Below, one piece after another: positions 61,965 to 64,000 of a stretch of DNA of 64,000 nucleotides. The stretch comes from Squalus acanthias. Taxonomy: Eukaryota. The stretch spans positions 6,512,001 through 6,576,000 of the forward strand of contig JASTWF010000033.1 of assembly GCA_030390025.1 (NCBI GenBank). Reading direction: 5' to 3'. Below the pieces are notes generated by a model. The model ran no database searches, was not told where the DNA came from, and saw nothing but the letters and a program-made list of their open reading frames with translations. The stretch's first letter is position 1. Each line of letters begins with the position of its first letter. Both the position numbers and the translations under genes were made by a program.

Positions 61965-63312
61965 CTCCTTAGAATTTACAGCACAAAACAGGTCATTCGG
62001 CCCTACTAGATTATGCCAGTGTTTATGCTCCACAGGAGCCTCCTCCCACCCCTCTTCTTTAACCCTATCAGCATAACCTTCTACTGCTTTCTACCTCGTG
62101 TACTTGCCCAGCTTCCCCTTAAATGCATCTCTGCTATTCTTCTCAAATACTCCAAGTTGTAGGGAGTTCCACATTCTAACCAATCTCTGAGTAAAGACAT
62201 TTCTCCTTAATTCCGTATTGGATTTAATAGTGACTATCTTTTATCGATAATCTCCAATTTTGCACTCGCGTCACAAGTATAAACATCTACCCTATGTTAC
62301 TCCTTCACAATTTAAAGGCCTCTATTAGGACACCCCTCAGCCATCTCTTTTGTAAAGAAAGGAGACCCAGCCTGTTCAATCTTTCCTGATGTTTATAATT
62401 TCTCAGTTCTAGTATCAACCTTGTAAAAAAATTCCACTTTCTTCTGAGCCTTAATATCCTTTATGAAATATGGAGATCAGCACTGCACACAGTACGCTCA
62501 GTGTGGTATAACCTAGGTTCTATATAAGTTTAAGCTAACCTCTTTGCTTTACGATTCTATTCTTCTAGAAATGAAACCCAGTGCTTTATTTGAATGTTCA
62601 TCGTCTTGTTAACATGCGTTGCTGCTTTAAATGATTTGTTAATCGGTACCCCTGTACCCCATTCCGAATCTGATTTTCCAAGGAGTATTTGGGAATCTTA
62701 TTCTTCCTACAAAAATGCAATACCTGTCACTTAGCTTTATTGAAATTAATTTGACATTGAAACGCCCTTTCTAGAAGTTTATTAATGTCTTCAGGTATTG
62801 TGTTGCATTATTCCTCAGTATTGACTGTATTCCCAATTTAGAATCGTCTGCAAATTTTGATTTTGTGCATCTGCTTCCCGAATCAATATCGTTTATGTAA
62901 CTGTTGAAAAACAGTGGTCCCAACGCCGATCCTTGTGGAACATCACTTCTCACCATCCACCTATCTGAGTAAATAGCTTTATCCACTACTCCCTATTTTC
63001 TGTACTTGCAGCCATCTTGCTATCCATTCTGCTGCTTGTCTCCTAACTCCACTTGCTCTGTGATTCAGTCTGCTGTCTGGTACCTTATCCAATGGCTTTA
63101 AAAAAATCAAAGTACATTACATCTACTACATTACCCTTATCTAACCTTTCTGATATTTATTCAAAGTATTACTCAAGCAGGACATTCTAAAGCGGGTGCA
63201 GGAACAGGGGGACATGGGTGTACAGGTACAAAAATCGTTGAAGTAGGCAGGACAGGTTGAGAAAGCGGTTAAAAAAGCTTACAGGAATCTGGGCTTTATA
63301 AATAGAGACATA
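61965..63312 (-). mobile_element. Degenerate CR1 (minus, ~61965-63170) plus a short plus-strand CR1 piece (~63190-63312)
   Basis: [18 protein letters not shown] on the minus strand. Confidence 0.82.
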
Positions 63313-64000
63313 GGGATAAAAATTTACTTGGTTGCGCCTCCCGTTAGCGCCTTAAGAGGGCGCTAATGGGGCGTTAAGCCGTTAACGCCCGGGCGCAGCG
63401 ATGTTTGCGCCGCTCGAGAACTTAGCTTGAGATTGTGCGGCGTCGCTAAAACTTACCGCTGCGACCACCTGCGCGCGCAGATTGTGACGTCATTCCATGG
63501 TGCAACGCCCTTGGGGCGCCCCGGAGCGGAAATTGAGTGGCGCCCCCTGCCTTACCGCCTGGCGCTTCCAACGACCGGAAGACTGGAACGCTATCAATCG
63601 GTGTGGGGCTGGGGGGGGCGCTATTTAAAGGGGGCCTCTTCCTGTCTTTTTCTGTGGTCAACATTTATGCACCACTCGTTCTGAGAGAGAGAGAGAGATT
63701 CGGAGAGAGAGAGAGAGAGACTTCTACATTGACTCAACGCTTTGTGAGGTAGTTTTGCCTATTCATCCTAACTTTGTTGCTCCTTTATTTGCTGTACCTC
63801 ATTACTTTTCTGGCAAAGAGAATATGGGGGCTGCAATGATTGGGCGCGTCGTCCTGCTCCAGCTGAATCGGAGGATACCAAGACGCAGACAGAGAGTGGC
63901 AATGATGGCCAGACAGAGGAGGGCCATCAGGCGCATGTACAGGAGAGCTTACCCTCCCAGGATATATCGTGAACAGCTCTCCTACATCCATATGTCCGAG
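63313..64000 (+). mobile_element. Left end of a PIF/Harbinger transposon, running off the window
   Basis: Begins GGGATAAAAATT, similar to the MITE TIRs; GC-rich subterminal region; transposase-like ORF start. Confidence 0.7.
63824..64000 (+). CDS. N-terminus of a Harbinger (HARBI1-like) transposase, partial
   Basis: MGAAMIGRVVLLQLNRRIPRRRQRVAMMARQRRAIRRMYRRAYPPRIYREQLSYIHMSE; the Arg-rich YPPRIYR...SYxxMSE pattern recalls Harbinger transposase N-termini. Confidence 0.65.
   Translation, partial: MGAAMIGRVVLLQLNRRIPRRRQRVAMMARQRRAIRRMYRRAYPPRIYREQLSYIHMSE

Overview
Eukaryotic (vertebrate) DNA made almost entirely of repeats, with no convincing host protein-coding gene. A cartilaginous fish is the likely source, inferred from the CR1 3' ends and a Deu-domain/SacSINE1-type SINE. 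The window holds at least seven tandem-repeat arrays (31/30, 69, 30, 29, 54, 18 and 84 bp units) plus microsatellite tracts, many CR1/L2 LINE fragments, two related Harbinger-type MITEs and the start of a Harbinger transposase. It also holds a cluster of five decayed tRNA genes (Asp, Ile, Phe, Leu, Asn) and a young 5.3 kb Penelope insertion (inverted partial copy, direct partial copy, near-intact RT/GIY-YIG ORF, 12-bp TSD). Its pLTRs carry minimal hammerhead-ribozyme motifs, and a second Penelope family carries another. Three defective endogenous retrovirus-like elements and one extra env fragment are present. Between them they show a connection-plus-RNase H pol and an env with a short-N/long-C split at the furin site, resembling a mononegaviral F protein rather than SU/TM; this fits lokiretrovirus-like elements. 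Most notable: the F-like env family (4 pieces), a spliced orphan ORF between pol and env, a possible UGA-CGG gag-pol readthrough, the hammerhead motifs, and a ~780-bp inverted repeat. All alignments were done by eye and boundaries are approximate unless motifs are quoted.
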